Made by a program: the position numbers and the translations under genes. A stretch of 63,649 nucleotides of DNA, filler included, from Thraustochytrium aureum (Eukaryota): NCBI GenBank assembly GCA_012862495.1. It is 4 parts of 4 records of this genome, joined end to end, with 100 filler letters (N's around TTAATTAATTAA, not from the genome) between each part and the next. Parts side by side here need not be neighbours in the genome. Positions count along the whole stretch, not along the records: positions 27,074 to 51,556 come from BLSG01000354.1; positions 51,657 to 56,919 come from BLSG01000357.1; 2 more parts are not named here. One strand, written 5' to 3'. Below are positions 43,638 through 55,005 of this stretch, piece by piece. How positions within the stretch are numbered: the stretch's first letter is position 1; the number at the start of each line of letters is the position of its first letter. The notes under the pieces were generated by a model. That model was not told the DNA's origin, did no database searches, and saw nothing but the letters and a program-made list of their open reading frames with translations.

Positions 43638-44500
43638 NNNNNNNNNNNNNNNNNNNNNNNNNNNNNNNNNNNNNNNNNNNNNNNNNNNNNNNNNNNNNNN
43701 NNNNNNNNNNNNNNNNNNNNNNNNNNNNNNNNNNNNNNNNNNNNNNNNNNNNNNNNNNNNNNNNNNNNNNNNNNNNNNNNNNNNNNNNNNNNNNNNNNNN
43801 NNNNNNNNNNNNNNNNNNNNNNNNNNNNNNNNNNNNNNNNNNNNNNNNNNNNNNNNNNNNNNNNNNNNNNNNNNNNNNNNNNNNNNNNNNNNNNNNNNNN
43901 NNNNNNNNNNNNNNNNNNNNNNNNNNNNNNNNNNNNNNNNNNNNNNNNNNNNNNNNNNNNNNNNNNNNNNNNNNNNNNNNNNNNNNNNNNNNNNNNNNNN
44001 NNNNNNNNNNNNNNNNNNNNNNNNNNNNNNNNNNNNNNNNNNNNNNNNNNNNNNNNNNNNNNNNNNNNNNNNNNNNNNNNNNNNNNNNNNNNNNNNNNNN
44101 NNNNNNNNNNNNNNNNNNNNNNNNNNNNNNNNNNNNNNNNNNNNNNNNNNNNNNNNNNNNNNNNNNNNNNNNNNNNNNNNNNNNNNNNNNNNNNNNNNNN
44201 NNNNNNNNNNNNNNNNNNNNNNNNNNNNNNNNNNNNNNNNNNNNNNNNNNNNNNNNNNNNNNNNNNNNNNNNNNNNNNNNNNNNNNNNNNNNNNNNNNNN
44301 NNNNNNNNNNNNNNNNNNNNNNNNNNNNNNNNNNNNNNNNNNNNNNNNNNNNNNNNNNNNNNNNNNNNNNNNNNNNNNNNNNNNNNNNNNNNNNNNNNNN
44401 NNNNNNNNNNNNNNNNNNNNNNNNNNNNNNNNNNNNNNNNNNNNNNNNNNNNNNNNNNNNNNNNNNNNNNNNNNNNNNNNNNNNNNNNNNNNNNNNNNNN

Positions 44501-44869
44501 GCCGCGTCGGGCGTGAATGGCATGGAGTCGTACATGGTGCTGCTCCCGAACGGCAACGCCAAGCTCGCGATGGGCCACTCCTCGACCTCTGGCGGCAGTG
44601 CCACGGTGAACCAGTTCGGCAAGGACTTTAAAGCAGCAGGTTTCGAATGGACTCTTGAGCTCTGCGAGATGGACAGCGACGGCGACAACATTGCAAACGG
44701 GATCGAGCTGGGCGACCCGAACTGCTCGTGGACCGGCGGCCCTGCTCCTGCCGACTTTCTCTCATCGCCGGGCGACCCGAAAGACCCCAACCCCTACAGC
44801 AGTGCGGGTCACTTCGCGGCGTCAGTAACAGTTCTGGCGACCGTGTTTGCTGCTGCGCTACGCCAGTGA
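44501..44869 (+). CDS. Temptin-like protein, copy 2, with GPI-signal-like C-terminus (5' end in gap)
   Basis: YMVLLPNG..GH..NQFGKDFKAAGFEWTLELCEMDSDGDNIANGIELGDPNCSW (temptin motif), followed by the tail SSAGHFAASVTVLATVFAAALRQ*. Confidence 0.85.
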   Translation, partial: AASGVNGMESYMVLLPNGNAKLAMGHSSTSGGSATVNQFGKDFKAAGFEWTLELCEMDSDGDNIANGIELGDPNCSWTGGPAPADFLSSPGDPKDPNPYSSAGHFAASVTVLATVFAAALRQ

Positions 44870-45584
44870 GCCTTCACTGCTACACGCGTGAACGCTTTGG
44901 CCAGCGCAGGTTCGTCTCTTGATGTACATCGCGAGGTTGGTGTGATCTGGAATCCCATATGTGATTGTCAGATCGTAGATACTTCGCATTGCGGAAGAAA
45001 AATAACGCTTCGTCGTTGTCAAATAGCGTTGCCGTGGTCGCTGGACTGCGTCAACGCAATGGCGGTCGAGTTCCCTCAGCCATCCTTTCTCTGCAGACAG
45101 CCTGTGCGGCGAGTGCCCGCCCCGCCACATGTTGATCTTCGCCTCGCAATCCAACCGAGGGGGTGCGCTCCAGCGTGACTGAGCAGGCGACCGAGGACTC
45201 GGCGGTCGTGGGCACCGCTGCCCCAGGCGGTGGCAGGGAATCGGCGGTCCTGAGCCTTGTGGCAGATCTCGTGCAACGAGCTTGAGGCGCCCTTTCCGAC
45301 GGTGGTTGGTTGGGCTCGACCCCGACCGATTTNNNNNNNNNNNNNNNNNNNNNNNNNNNNNNNNNNNNNNNNNNNNNNNNNNNNNNNNNNNNNNNNNNNN
45401 NNNNNNNNNNNNNTGTCCGAGTGTCCGTTGGAAACGAAATGGGGTCCCGCTGGCGGAGACCACTGCATTTCTCTCCGTGACGGCGGCAGAGCCAAGCCAC
45501 GCTCGGCACGTTCGGCCGAGAGCGCCGCGGGTGGGCGCTGCGCTGGGTGCTGCAGGGCGAACAACGCCTTGCGACGCCGTCGGA

Positions 45585-47818
45585 ATGGCCATGAAGCGCT
45601 TGTCGCTGCGGGCACCGACCCGCGAAGAGCTCGACGCTGGGCGCGCGCGCGACGAGGCGCAAGTAGACAGGAGCGCGCCGCTACCAAAGGCTGTCAAGGC
45701 GATGGGCCGCGCAGACACCGTGTGCAAGTAAGTTTAAGTGGCGCCGTGGGATGGCTTGGACCCCTGGTTACGCATCGTGCGCTCACGGCCAACAAGTCCG
45801 GCCCAACAGGTTTTGCGGCGTGTCGTACTTGATCTTCAGCGAGGTGCGCGCCCTGGAGCGCAAACTCAGCGAGGCCGAAGCGCAGCTCTGCGAGGCGCGC
45901 AACCGTGAAGCGCCAGCCTGTACGGGCAACAACCTTTCCCCACCCGTCCCACACAGCCACACGGAAAGCGACGGGGCCGAGCAATCGTCTGCAAAGCCTT
46001 CTGAGGCTGGCGGCGAGTTCATCTCCCGCCTCGAAGCCTTGCAGCAGCTGGCCTCGATGCAAGCCAAGGAGCAAATCAAGTTTGAAGAGCTTGCAAAAGC
46101 TCGCGAGGCCGAGCATGCAAGCCAACTTCAAGCGCTTCGCAAGGCGCACGCCCACGAGCTCAGCAAGACACGGCTGGTGGCACGCAAACAACGCAGCGCC
46201 ATGCAGCAATCCCTCCGGGCATTTGTCGAGGCTGCGCGCAAGCTTCAGGTCCAGACCAAGGCCATCGCGCAAGCACAGGTGGCCGCTTCCTCGCGAGAAG
46301 CTGAACGTGCTATACGCGAACTCGCCGCAATCGCAGAGCAGCGCGCAGCCAGGGCCGCTTCTGAAGCAGCAAGCCTCGCAAAGGTGCAGAACGCCGCGGC
46401 CCTAGAGGATGCCAGCCGCGTTCACGAAGAGCGTCTTGCTGGCGCACTTTTGTCAGCAGCAGCACAGCAGTCAGGGCTTGCGGCGGAGCTCGAAAATGTG
46501 CGGACAGCTGCTGCGGCCGACAGAGCGGCGCTCCAGGAGCAGGTCGCGGCGCTCCGTGCTCAAAGTACGGAGGCAAGCGAGTCGGCGCAGTCTTCGGTGC
46601 TCGCTTGCGACAGCTTGGCAGCGTCGCTCGAGCATGCGCGCGCAGTCATCCAAGCAGCAGAGGAGGCGGCGGCCACGTCAAGTTCCCGGATCCAAGAACT
46701 TGAAGCAAAGGTCTCAGCGGCATGCGCTGAGGCGAATACCCTGGCAGCACGTTTGGAGGAGACCGCCGCACAACGCGACAGCCTTGCAAGCGAGGTCGCT
46801 AGCCACGAGGCTCGTGCCGAGCGCCTCGAAATCCAGGCGCGCAATCTGGCCCTGGACAACGAAAGGCTCAAGGCAGATGCAAACGAGTCTATAGCGCGTG
46901 CAGAGCAAGGCGCTTCGGAGAGAGAAAGAGCAATCCAGGCCGAGTTGTCAATCTCGTCCGCGCGGATCGCAGAGCTTGAGCTTCTGGTGAGCGAACTCAC
47001 TCAGCGTAGCGAGGCGGCTGCATTTGAGCTGCTCAAAAACAAGCAGGCGTTGAGCGAGGCAAGCGAGGCCGCGGCGCAGGCCGAGCATTCGCTTCTGGAC
47101 AAGGACCGCGCCTTGAACAAGGCCATAGCCGCAGCAGAGGAAGCAACGGCAGGGTCTCGCGCAAGCGCTGCAAATGTGGCCGTTTTAGAGGGGGAACTCT
47201 GTCTCCTCCGGAAGCGGTGCGGCGAGCTCGAGCTGCGATGTGAGCATAGCAGCCGCGAATCTGAGCTCGCCCGCGAAAACGCAGCTCGCTTGGCGCACCT
47301 CGACTTGCAGAGCAAGCGAGCAGAGCAGGCCGCGCACGAATCCAACATGGCGCTGCGGGCAGAGCTGGGGGGGCTCCAGCACAAGCTTGCTGCTCTGGAG
47401 AGCGCGAACGCGAATATTACGCTCGCACGGGACGCAGCGGAAGCTCAGCTCGGTCGCCTCAAGGAAATGGTTGACGAGTCTCGGAATTGCGCTGGGCGCC
47501 GCTGAGCGGGAAGCTCAGGCGGCCAAAGCCGAAGCTTTGCTATGCCAGAGGGCAGAGGCAGAGGCTTCAGCGCGGGCCACACAGGCTGTAAGACAAGCTG
47601 AACAAGCATACTCTGCTGCCCTCGCAAAGGAGCAAAGCGCAGAGGTTGGAGGCGGGTTTGACCAAGAGGGGATCGAGGTCTTAGAGCGCCACATGATTCG
47701 GTTGTCTGAGCTCGTGAGACAAAAGGATGCCGAGATACGTGTTCTGGAGGCCACTGTGCACCGGCAGTGCATGGAGCGAACGCAGCTTTTGGGCGGATTC
47801 GGGGGCGCCCTGCCCTGA
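45585..47818 (+). CDS. LEKR1: LEKR1-like coiled-coil protein (intron 45728-45809; frameshift at ~47486)
   Basis: Splicing GTAAGT..GCTCAC..AACAG gives PLPKAVKAMGRADTVCK|FCGVSYLIFSEV, resembling the LEKR1 N-terminal motif (LP..I..M...TVCKYCGVSYLI). The C-terminal KDAEIRVLEATVHRQCMER resembles LEKR1 LQETVRRECEER. A long coiled coil lies between them. Confidence 0.75.
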
Positions 47819-49323
47819 TTGGCGAGAACGCGTTCCAGCGATCTCAATCGGATTTGGGAACGTTTTGAAGGGAACATCTTTTGACAACTCGATTTTGCGA
47901 AAGACGAGCAAGCCGAGGCCACATCAAGGCCAGTATTGAGAGAACTCTGCGGTTTTCTCGTTTCCGATTTCTCATGTCAGCTCAGGCGCCGCGGAGAGAA
48001 GCCTTAGGTCGTGCGTTGGCATGGCGAATCCGAAATCTCGCGCATCTCTTGGTCCCAGCTTCAGAAGCAACGGACACTAGCACACGGCACCACGACTTTG
48101 CAGCGCGGTCTTGCCTCGTTTGCCTCTAGCTAGCTAGCTCTCTCGCTCTCGCTCGCTAGAGGGGCGATGGAGAGGGGCGCACAAGTTCCTTTTAGCGCCG
48201 CGTCGTGAGGAACCTTTTTGATTGAGAATGGCGGCTTTCAACCATTTTTCCACGTTTGGCGCCTGCTGAACAACGTGTCCGTCTCACCCGAGCGCAGCGC
48301 CCAGGATTTGCTGCTGTTTAGCCAAGTCCCGAAAGGCGTGGACGCCTGCTCTTGTTGGAAGTTGGCTTGAGGAACTCGACGACACAATATCGGACTGGAA
48401 GCCGTCCCGCACGCTGGCGAAGAGGCAGCTCGAAGTTGGCCCTCAGCCGTTCAACCCATGAAAAAAAGCAGTCCTAGGCTGTTCCCGCAGGTGGACTCGG
48501 GGATGTGCCCGCCGAGCGCTGAGCTCTTTTTAAATAAAGAAACTCTGCTTGTCCAACATCATGCATCGGTCGGGCAATCGAGCCTCAACTTCAGCGCTCG
48601 ACCTGCCAGGCGCTGCGGTCACTCCCTGCGAGCTACTGGAGTGTAGCTACTGGGGTGTCACTACCGGGGTGCCAGTACCGGACCCTCACGTCGGGGAGCC
48701 TTTCGACAAGGCCACAACGCTCGGCAAAGAAATCTGGATGCTGAAGACGCCCACGCCGCCACCGCATGCGAGCGCGTCCCCGCCAAGTGCATACAGTTGA
48801 ACCCTTGATTGACAAGAAACGCAGCAAGCAGGTTGGAAATCAAAAACGCGGAACTCGTCGCCGCACCGCCCACCTCGCGTGGAGCTCAGCGAGTTGCACC
48901 GTCTCTCGAGCTCTGCCCCAAGCCTCGCACAGCTCCCGCACGCCCCATCTCCAGCCGCAGGTGCAGTTGATGCTCCCAAATCATGCCGGGTGCGCTCGCG
49001 TCGCGCGCGCTGCAAGTACCACCCTGTTNNNNNNNNNNNNNNNNNNNNNNNNNNNNNNNNNNNNNNNNNNNNNNNNNNNNNNNNNNNNNNNNNNNNNNNN
49101 NNNNNNNNNNNNNNNNNNNNNNNNNNNNNNNNNNNNNNNNNNNNNNNNNNNNNNNNNNNNNNNNNNNNNNNNNNNNNNNNNNNNNNNNNNNNNNNNNNNN
49201 NNNNNNNNNNNNNNNNNNNNNNNNNNNNNNNNNNNNNNNNNNNNNNNNNNNNNNNNNNNNNNNNNNNNNNNNNNNNNNNNNNNNNNNNNNNNNNNNNNNN
49301 NNNNNNNNNNNNNNNNNNNNNNN

Positions 49324-50199
49324 CCTGGAGGAGGTCAAGGTCTCCGGTCGCGCGTACCCAAAGTGGCTCGTCAGCCCGCCTTGGTCGGCGGCGGGCGTGG
49401 CGTTTTCTGTGTTGCTGTCGTCTGCCTGGCTTACTCGGCTGGCTTTGCTGCTGACGGCCTCCCCAGGCTTGCCGACCCGGATGCGCAGCCGCTAGGACTG
49501 GGCGACTCTGGACGCGGGGCGTGGTTGGCGAGCCTCGCGCTCCTGGCGCACCTCGTCGTGGTACTGGCGCACATGGTGGCGACGTACGGGCGCTGGGTTC
49601 TTTGCAGCTTTACTGTGAGTTCGTGGAACCTGTCGCTCCTACACTGCGTCTTGTTAGCCCTCTCGCCCTGGGCGCCTTGGTGTGCTTGGTGGGCGCGCGT
49701 CATCCGCTTCCCCATGATCCTCTTCAACGCGACCACGTTCCTGATCTGGTGGGGCGCGCTATTCCCGCTCGGCATGGCTTTCCTCAAGGGCAAGGCGCGC
49801 ACTGGGTTTCTGGAGATGCAAGTCAAGTACGGCTTAGTCAACGTGCACTTTCTCAATCTCCCCATCGCGCTCGGGCAAGCGCTGCTGTTGGCGCCTGGGC
49901 GTGGGCCGTTTGGATTTTTCGACCTCTGGGCCGCCTTTGCGCTTGGCTTCGTCTACTTGGCATTTTATCTCTCCTACTTGGAGCCGCGCGGCGTGCACTT
50001 TTACATCATTCTCAGCCCGCGCACCTCACTGTGCTTGGTGGTCTACCCGTGCATCTGCGCGCTTTTCGCAGGGATCTGGACGGTCACCAACCTAGTCATC
50101 ACGCACCACCTTCCTGCATCCACAGACTTGCTCCCACCAGACCTCGTCAAGTCTCTGGTGGAGGCAGTGTTGCATCCACACTTCCTGCCGCGTTCGTGA
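49324..50199 (+). CDS. Multi-pass membrane protein, possibly FAR-17a/AIG1-like; 5' end in gap; probable frameshift at ~49404
   Basis: Six to seven hydrophobic segments. SFTVSSWNL, NVHFLN and HFYIILSP resemble the Thr, His and Y-x-F/I-L positions of the AIG1/ADTRP clan. The family call is tentative. Confidence 0.65.
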   Translation, partial: PGGGQGLRSRVPKVARQPALVGGGRGVFCVAVVCLAYSAGFAADGLPRLADPDAQPLGLGDSGRGAWLASLALLAHLVVVLAHMVATYGRWVLCSFTVSSWNLSLLHCVLLALSPWAPWCAWWARVIRFPMILFNATTFLIWWGALFPLGMAFLKGKARTGFLEMQVKYGLVNVHFLNLPIALGQALLLAPGRGPFGFFDLWAAFALGFVYLAFYLSYLEPRGVHFYIILSPRTSLCLVVYPCICALFAGIWTVTNLVITHHLPASTDLLPPDLVKSLVEAVLHPHFLPRS

Positions 50200-50784
50200 G
50201 CCCCGGCGAAGCTGCGCTCTGTGCTTCGTCGTCTTGGTCGGCACTGCTCATGTTCCATACAGGTCTCTCTCCTCGAACTAACAAAGACAAAGCCCATCAA
50301 GGCCCAATCCATCTCAACCGCCACTTGACGGCGACATCTCGCACCGCGACATCAGCTGCGCGAAATGCAGAATCGGGAGGAGTGCTACCGATGCGACGAT
50401 CAAGTTGATCGGTGGTCGACCTCGTCGGAAAGCCTTCCTTTACCCCTTTAAGTACTCTACCTGGTGCTCTGTTGAGCTGCGTGTTTCCCATCAAGTGGTC
50501 GGCGATCACCTTTGGATCGAAGCAAGTCTCAATTGCTGGCAGCTCGCATCGTCGCTCAGCCTCTGGAGGCCGCCGTCCGAATGCACGACTCCAATGCGCA
50601 ATGCGCGATCCAATGCGCGAGCAGAGAAGTGCTCGTTCTGCACAACAGTGCACTGGCAGCAGCAACAGGCCAGGATAAACTGCGGCAAGAGGCCAGAACA
50701 GCCGCAACAGGCCAGAACAGCTCGAGGCAGGCGACGGCCGGGAGCTGGCCAGGCGAATCAGCCGGGCCGGTCGGCGCAGCGAGC

Positions 50785-51466
50785 ATGGAACGGGCCAGTG
50801 CGGTCCGCTTTGTCGCAATCTCGGACACGCACGGGCACCACCGAGAGCTCGTTCTTCCAGACGGCGACGTGCTCTTGCACGCCGGGGACTTTACACAGAA
50901 TGGCCTTCCAGAGCAGGTGAAGGAATTTGACGAGTGGCTGGGCGAGGTCGGCGCGCGATTCAAGCACGTTCTGGCTGTCGCTGGCAACCACGACTTGTGC
51001 CTCGACAGTCAGGCAGGCGTCGGCGGGCGCTTGCTGAAGAACGCCGTGCTGCTCAACGAGCAGTCTGTAGTGGTGTTGGGCGTCTCAGTTTTCGGGAGCC
51101 CGATCCAGCCGCGAATCGGTCGCAAGTACGTGGCGTTTGCGCGGCCGGCGGACGTCTCAGCCGCAGCCTGGGCAAGTGTTCCGCTGGGCACAGATGTCAT
51201 CCTGGCGCACACTCCGCCTCGCGGCCACGGGGATCTAATGTGGGGTGTTAAGAGCGTCGGGTGCGACGCGCTGTTGGCGGCGTGCGAGCGGGTCAAGCCC
51301 AAGTTTGTGGTGTTCGGGTCACATTCACGGTGGGTACGGGATCACTCAGATGAACGACGGCGCGACAACATGCGTGAATGCGGCTAGTATGTCGACGCTC
51401 CGATTCTTCAGCGGGTTGAACCCGCCGATGGTTTTTGACGTGCCAACAGCGACTTTGACAAGATGA
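50785..51466 (+). CDS. Calcineurin-like metallophosphoesterase, MPPED1/2-like (frameshift at GGG 51316-51318)
   Basis: Motifs ISDTH, LLHAGDFT, VAGNHD and HTPPRGHGD. GHIHGGYG and CVNAAS..NPPMVFD follow in the next frame. Confidence 0.9.
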
Positions 51467-51556
51467 TCCATGGTGCCACATGGTGCCAGACCGCTTGAAC
51501 ATCCACGGTGCATGGGGCTTGGTGATGTTATTCTTCGCCTCGGTGCGCAACGTTCT

Positions 51557-51656
51557 NNNNNNNNNNNNNNNNNNNNNNNNNNNNNNNNNNNNNNNNNNNN
51601 TTAATTAATTAANNNNNNNNNNNNNNNNNNNNNNNNNNNNNNNNNNNNNNNNNNNN
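51557..51656. other. Artificial scaffold-joining spacer
   Basis: TTAATTAATTAA at 51601-51612 flanked by N runs. Confidence 0.95.
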
Positions 51657-53563
51657 GGACATGCAAATCGAGGCGCTCCAAAGCCAGCTAATGCGGGCCC
51701 TGCGCGGGGAAGCAGGTGTAGTGGACGCGGTCGACCCGAACGCCGGCGTGGACAAGCGCGACACAAAGATTGTCGAGCTCGCCAAGAAGAACCGCGCTCT
51801 TCATCTTGCTCTTGAGCGAGAGAAGAGCCGTGCCGCAAAGTTGGAAGCTGAGCTGCGAAAGAGCAAGAGCGCCGGCCAGCGGACCAGGCAAGAGCCGCGC
51901 TCGACCGCGAGAGAGACGGACTTGATCCTGCTTCATCCCTTCGCGGACAAGGACAAGGGTCTGGCTGGGACGGACTTGATCCACAAGAGGTCGAATGTGC
52001 TGCTCGCGAGCAAGCGCAACAAGAGCTGGCAAGACGCGCGGCGGACGCTCAACAGCGTGCAGAGGAAATGCGGCGCAAGCTCGAAAGCGTAACAGGCGAA
52101 AGCAAAAGGTTGCGGCGAGCTCTTGCCAAAGAAGTTGGTGAAGGGCCAGTCTTGGACAAAGTCCTCGCTGATATTGCAAGCGGCGGCAACGGCGGCGGCG
52201 ACGATGGCGACTCGAGCGGGGTAGGCTCGTGGCGCGGGCGCGCGCAGAAAATTGTCTTTTGCAGTCCAAGCTCAAGCGAGCGCACCAGCAGCTCGAGCAG
52301 TATCAGCAACGTCTCGAGGAGGCCGCGCCAGACAACGGGCTACCAAGCAGCACCAGCGCGTTCCCCGAGGGCTTCAACTCGCCGAGTCGATCCGTGGCTG
52401 GCGCAGGGGCAAGCGTGGCCCGCCGGAAGCGCAACGTGGACGCGCAGGCGGAGGAGGATATTCGGTACATTGAGCAGGAGCGTCGGCACGCCATGGAGAA
52501 GCTCGCTGACGAATACGAGTCGCTCGAGTCCAAGCTCGGGGAGACAAAGCGCGTCGCCAGCGCCGTTCGAGCGCGCAGCAAGGTCCTTGAAAACGAAAAC
52601 AAGCGATTCAAGGAGCAGGTGAAGGTTTTGCTGAACAAAACCAAGAACGACGACGCGCTCGTCGACGCGCTGCGCCGGGAACTTGACCGTGTCAAGCGCG
52701 AGAATGCCGACCTCCGTGAGCGCTCCAAGCAGGCCGAGTCGGGCTCTGCACATATGGCGGCGTACGAGGAGCTCAAGCAGCACGCAATGAGCCAAAGCGC
52801 GCAAATCGACCGGCAAGGGCAGCTGCTTGCGCGTATGAGGTCCGAGCTGGAGCGGGTCAAAGCTTCTGCTTCGCGCGAGATCGTTGAGCGAGCCCACGAG
52901 GAGCTTGATGTGCAGGCGCACAGCGTGAATAACAAGCTGCTCAAGGTTGAGAACGAGCGCCTTGGCGAGCTAGTCGAGCTTTTCAAGCGCAAGCTAGAGC
53001 GCGCCGTTCTGGACCGCGAGGCGACGCTGACAAAGTGCAAGACTTTAGAGCGCGCAAAGGTGGAGCTGGAGCGCAAGCTCGGCAACATCCGCGCGGGGGG
53101 GCGCAAGCGTCAGCCAATGGCAGACCAATTCAGCGAGTTGCGAGACAAGCTGGCTCTCCAGGTGGAGGAGAACCGCGAGGTGCGATCTTCCTCGCAGCAA
53201 GCAATCGCACAAAAAGACGAAGAAATACGCATCCTTCGGGAGATGGGCGCAGAGGTCAAGTCGGCCTATGAGCGGGCCATCGCCGAGATGAAACGGCAGG
53301 TGGCCGCCACAGCGATTGACGCGCAGCGCCGAATCTCGCAGTCTGACTCTCACGTTGACGACGCTCTTCTATCGCAGCTCGCGCGGGATAACGAGATTTT
53401 GCGCGACGAGTTGCACGGCATTCGGAATCGGACTTGTGCCTCGGTGCTCTCGCCTGCTCACAGCCGTTCCCTTGGCGCGCTCGCCTCGCCGCGACTTCGG
53501 AACAGGCGCATGAAGGAGCCGCAGAGAGGCGGCTCGCGGGTCTCACCACGCATACAGTACTGA
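51657..53563 (+). CDS. CCDC13: CCDC13-like centriolar-satellite/ciliary coiled-coil protein, 5'-partial, at least two frameshifts (~51980 and ~52256)
   Basis: KIVELAKKNR, RALAKEVGEG..., SWRGRAQKIV(LLQSKL) and RARSKVLENE...LLNKTKNDDALVDAL match the conserved CCDC13 blocks. They are spread over three ORFs. Confidence 0.82.
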
Positions 53564-54003
53564 CCATTCCCGTGGACCACCATGCCTTTCAAGCGTTGTT
53601 CTTTCAACAACTTGAAGATCAAAAGATTGTTGTTCAATCAATTGAAATGAAAGAAAAGTGTGGCAAGGCACGGTCTCGGTTACTCGAGTAGGCCTACTTA
53701 CTCTGCACGAGTGCATGTTGTCAAAATCTCGAGCTTCTTGCGGCACAGGGCATCGCACTGCAAGGCGAGGCGACTGGGCGATCAAGGCAGTAGCACAGCG
53801 CATCGTAGAGCACCACCCTGGGCCTTGCAAAGAGGGACACGTACACAGCGTGGGCCAATGCCGCGGTTTTGATGCGAGGAAGCCGAAGCACCGCGTTGTA
53901 CGCACAGCATCACGTTGTTCTCTTGCGCGCTCCGACTTGGCTGCGATCGATGTGAATAAACCCATCATTGTTTTTTAATAAAACTAGGCCAGTTGCCCGG
54001 CGT

Positions 54004-55005
54004 TCACTTTGACACGCGGCGGTAGATGAAGTAGACTGCAATGAGAAGAAGGTACATCTTGTAGTTGGGCCCGGAGTAACGCTTGGCCAGAATGGCGCGG
54101 CCATTGCGGGGCGCAGAGCGCGGCAGGACCTCGGGGCAGCGCGAGTCGGTGTGGGTGAGAATCATGTCCTGCAGACCCTCAGGTAGCCAGGAGATGAGAG
54201 TGATGAGGTACTTTGAGTCCACCCCCACACGGTAGCGGTACTTGGCCTGCTTGCCGACGAGCGCCTCCACCATGGCTTCCGGGACCAGGTCCGAATTGGT
54301 GTTGCCAAAGTCGTTTAGCGCGAGGCCGAGCAGCTTGCGGAACCACTGGTAGTACTCCGTGCCGTACTCCTCCTGCACGTCGGCCGGCAGCTTCTCCCAA
54401 AGCTGGTCGAAGCCGGTCTGGTAGTTGCCGTACAGCGCGGTCTTGTTGAAAACGCCGGGCTCGATGATGTGCACCGAGCAGCCCCACGGCAGCAGATCCC
54501 GGCGCAGCACGTCGCTGAAGGCCTCGACGGCATACTTGCTCGGGCAGTACGCGGGCTGCGAGGGGAGACCGACGCGACCGGCAATGGAGGCCACGTTGAT
54601 GACGCGGCCTTGCGAGGCGCGGATCATCGGCAGCACCGACTTGGTCACTCGCACGGTTCCGAGAAAGTTGACCTCGAGCATGCGGCTGTACGAGTCGATC
54701 GGGGTGAACTCAACCGGGCCGGGGGTGACCAAGATGCCGGCGTTGTTAATGACGCCGACAAGCTTTGACCCCGGGCGGCGGGCGAGCTCCTCGCTGATCT
54801 CCTTGGCGCACTTGTCGACGCTCTCCTGCTTGGTCACATCCAGCTGGATGGGGACCACGCGGTCCGAGCACTCTTGCCGGAGCTTGTCCATGGATTCGCT
54901 CATAAAGCACCCGGGGAAGACGCCATAGCCGAGCTTGTCGAGCTTCTTGGTGACGATGTTGCCAAACCCGGTGTCGCAGCCGGTCACGTACACAAACTCG
55001 GTCAT
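54004..55005 (-). CDS. Classical SDR, retinol/17-beta-hydroxysteroid dehydrogenase-like, with C-terminal hydrophobic tail
   Basis: VYVTGCDTGFG, QLDVT, VINNAGI, RVINVAS, YCPSK (YxxxK), IIEPG and YRYRVGVD. ATG at 55005. Confidence 0.93.
   Translation of the reverse strand: MTEFVYVTGCDTGFGNIVTKKLDKLGYGVFPGCFMSESMDKLRQECSDRVVPIQLDVTKQESVDKCAKEISEELARRPGSKLVGVINNAGILVTPGPVEFTPIDSYSRMLEVNFLGTVRVTKSVLPMIRASQGRVINVASIAGRVGLPSQPAYCPSKYAVEAFSDVLRRDLLPWGCSVHIIEPGVFNKTALYGNYQTGFDQLWEKLPADVQEEYGTEYYQWFRKLLGLALNDFGNTNSDLVPEAMVEALVGKQAKYRYRVGVDSKYLITLISWLPEGLQDMILTHTDSRCPEVLPRSAPRNGRAILAKRYSGPNYKMYLLLIAVYFIYRRVSK

Noticed and set aside
48228..49028. Short ORF fragments upstream of the membrane-protein gene
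   Set aside because: Multiple stops, and no motif or consistent splice model found.
50785..53563. Calling frameshifted genes (MPPED-like, CCDC13 and others) pseudogenes
   Set aside because: Motifs are intact on both sides of single homopolymer indels, and the same pattern affects essential genes such as COPB2 and THOC2.
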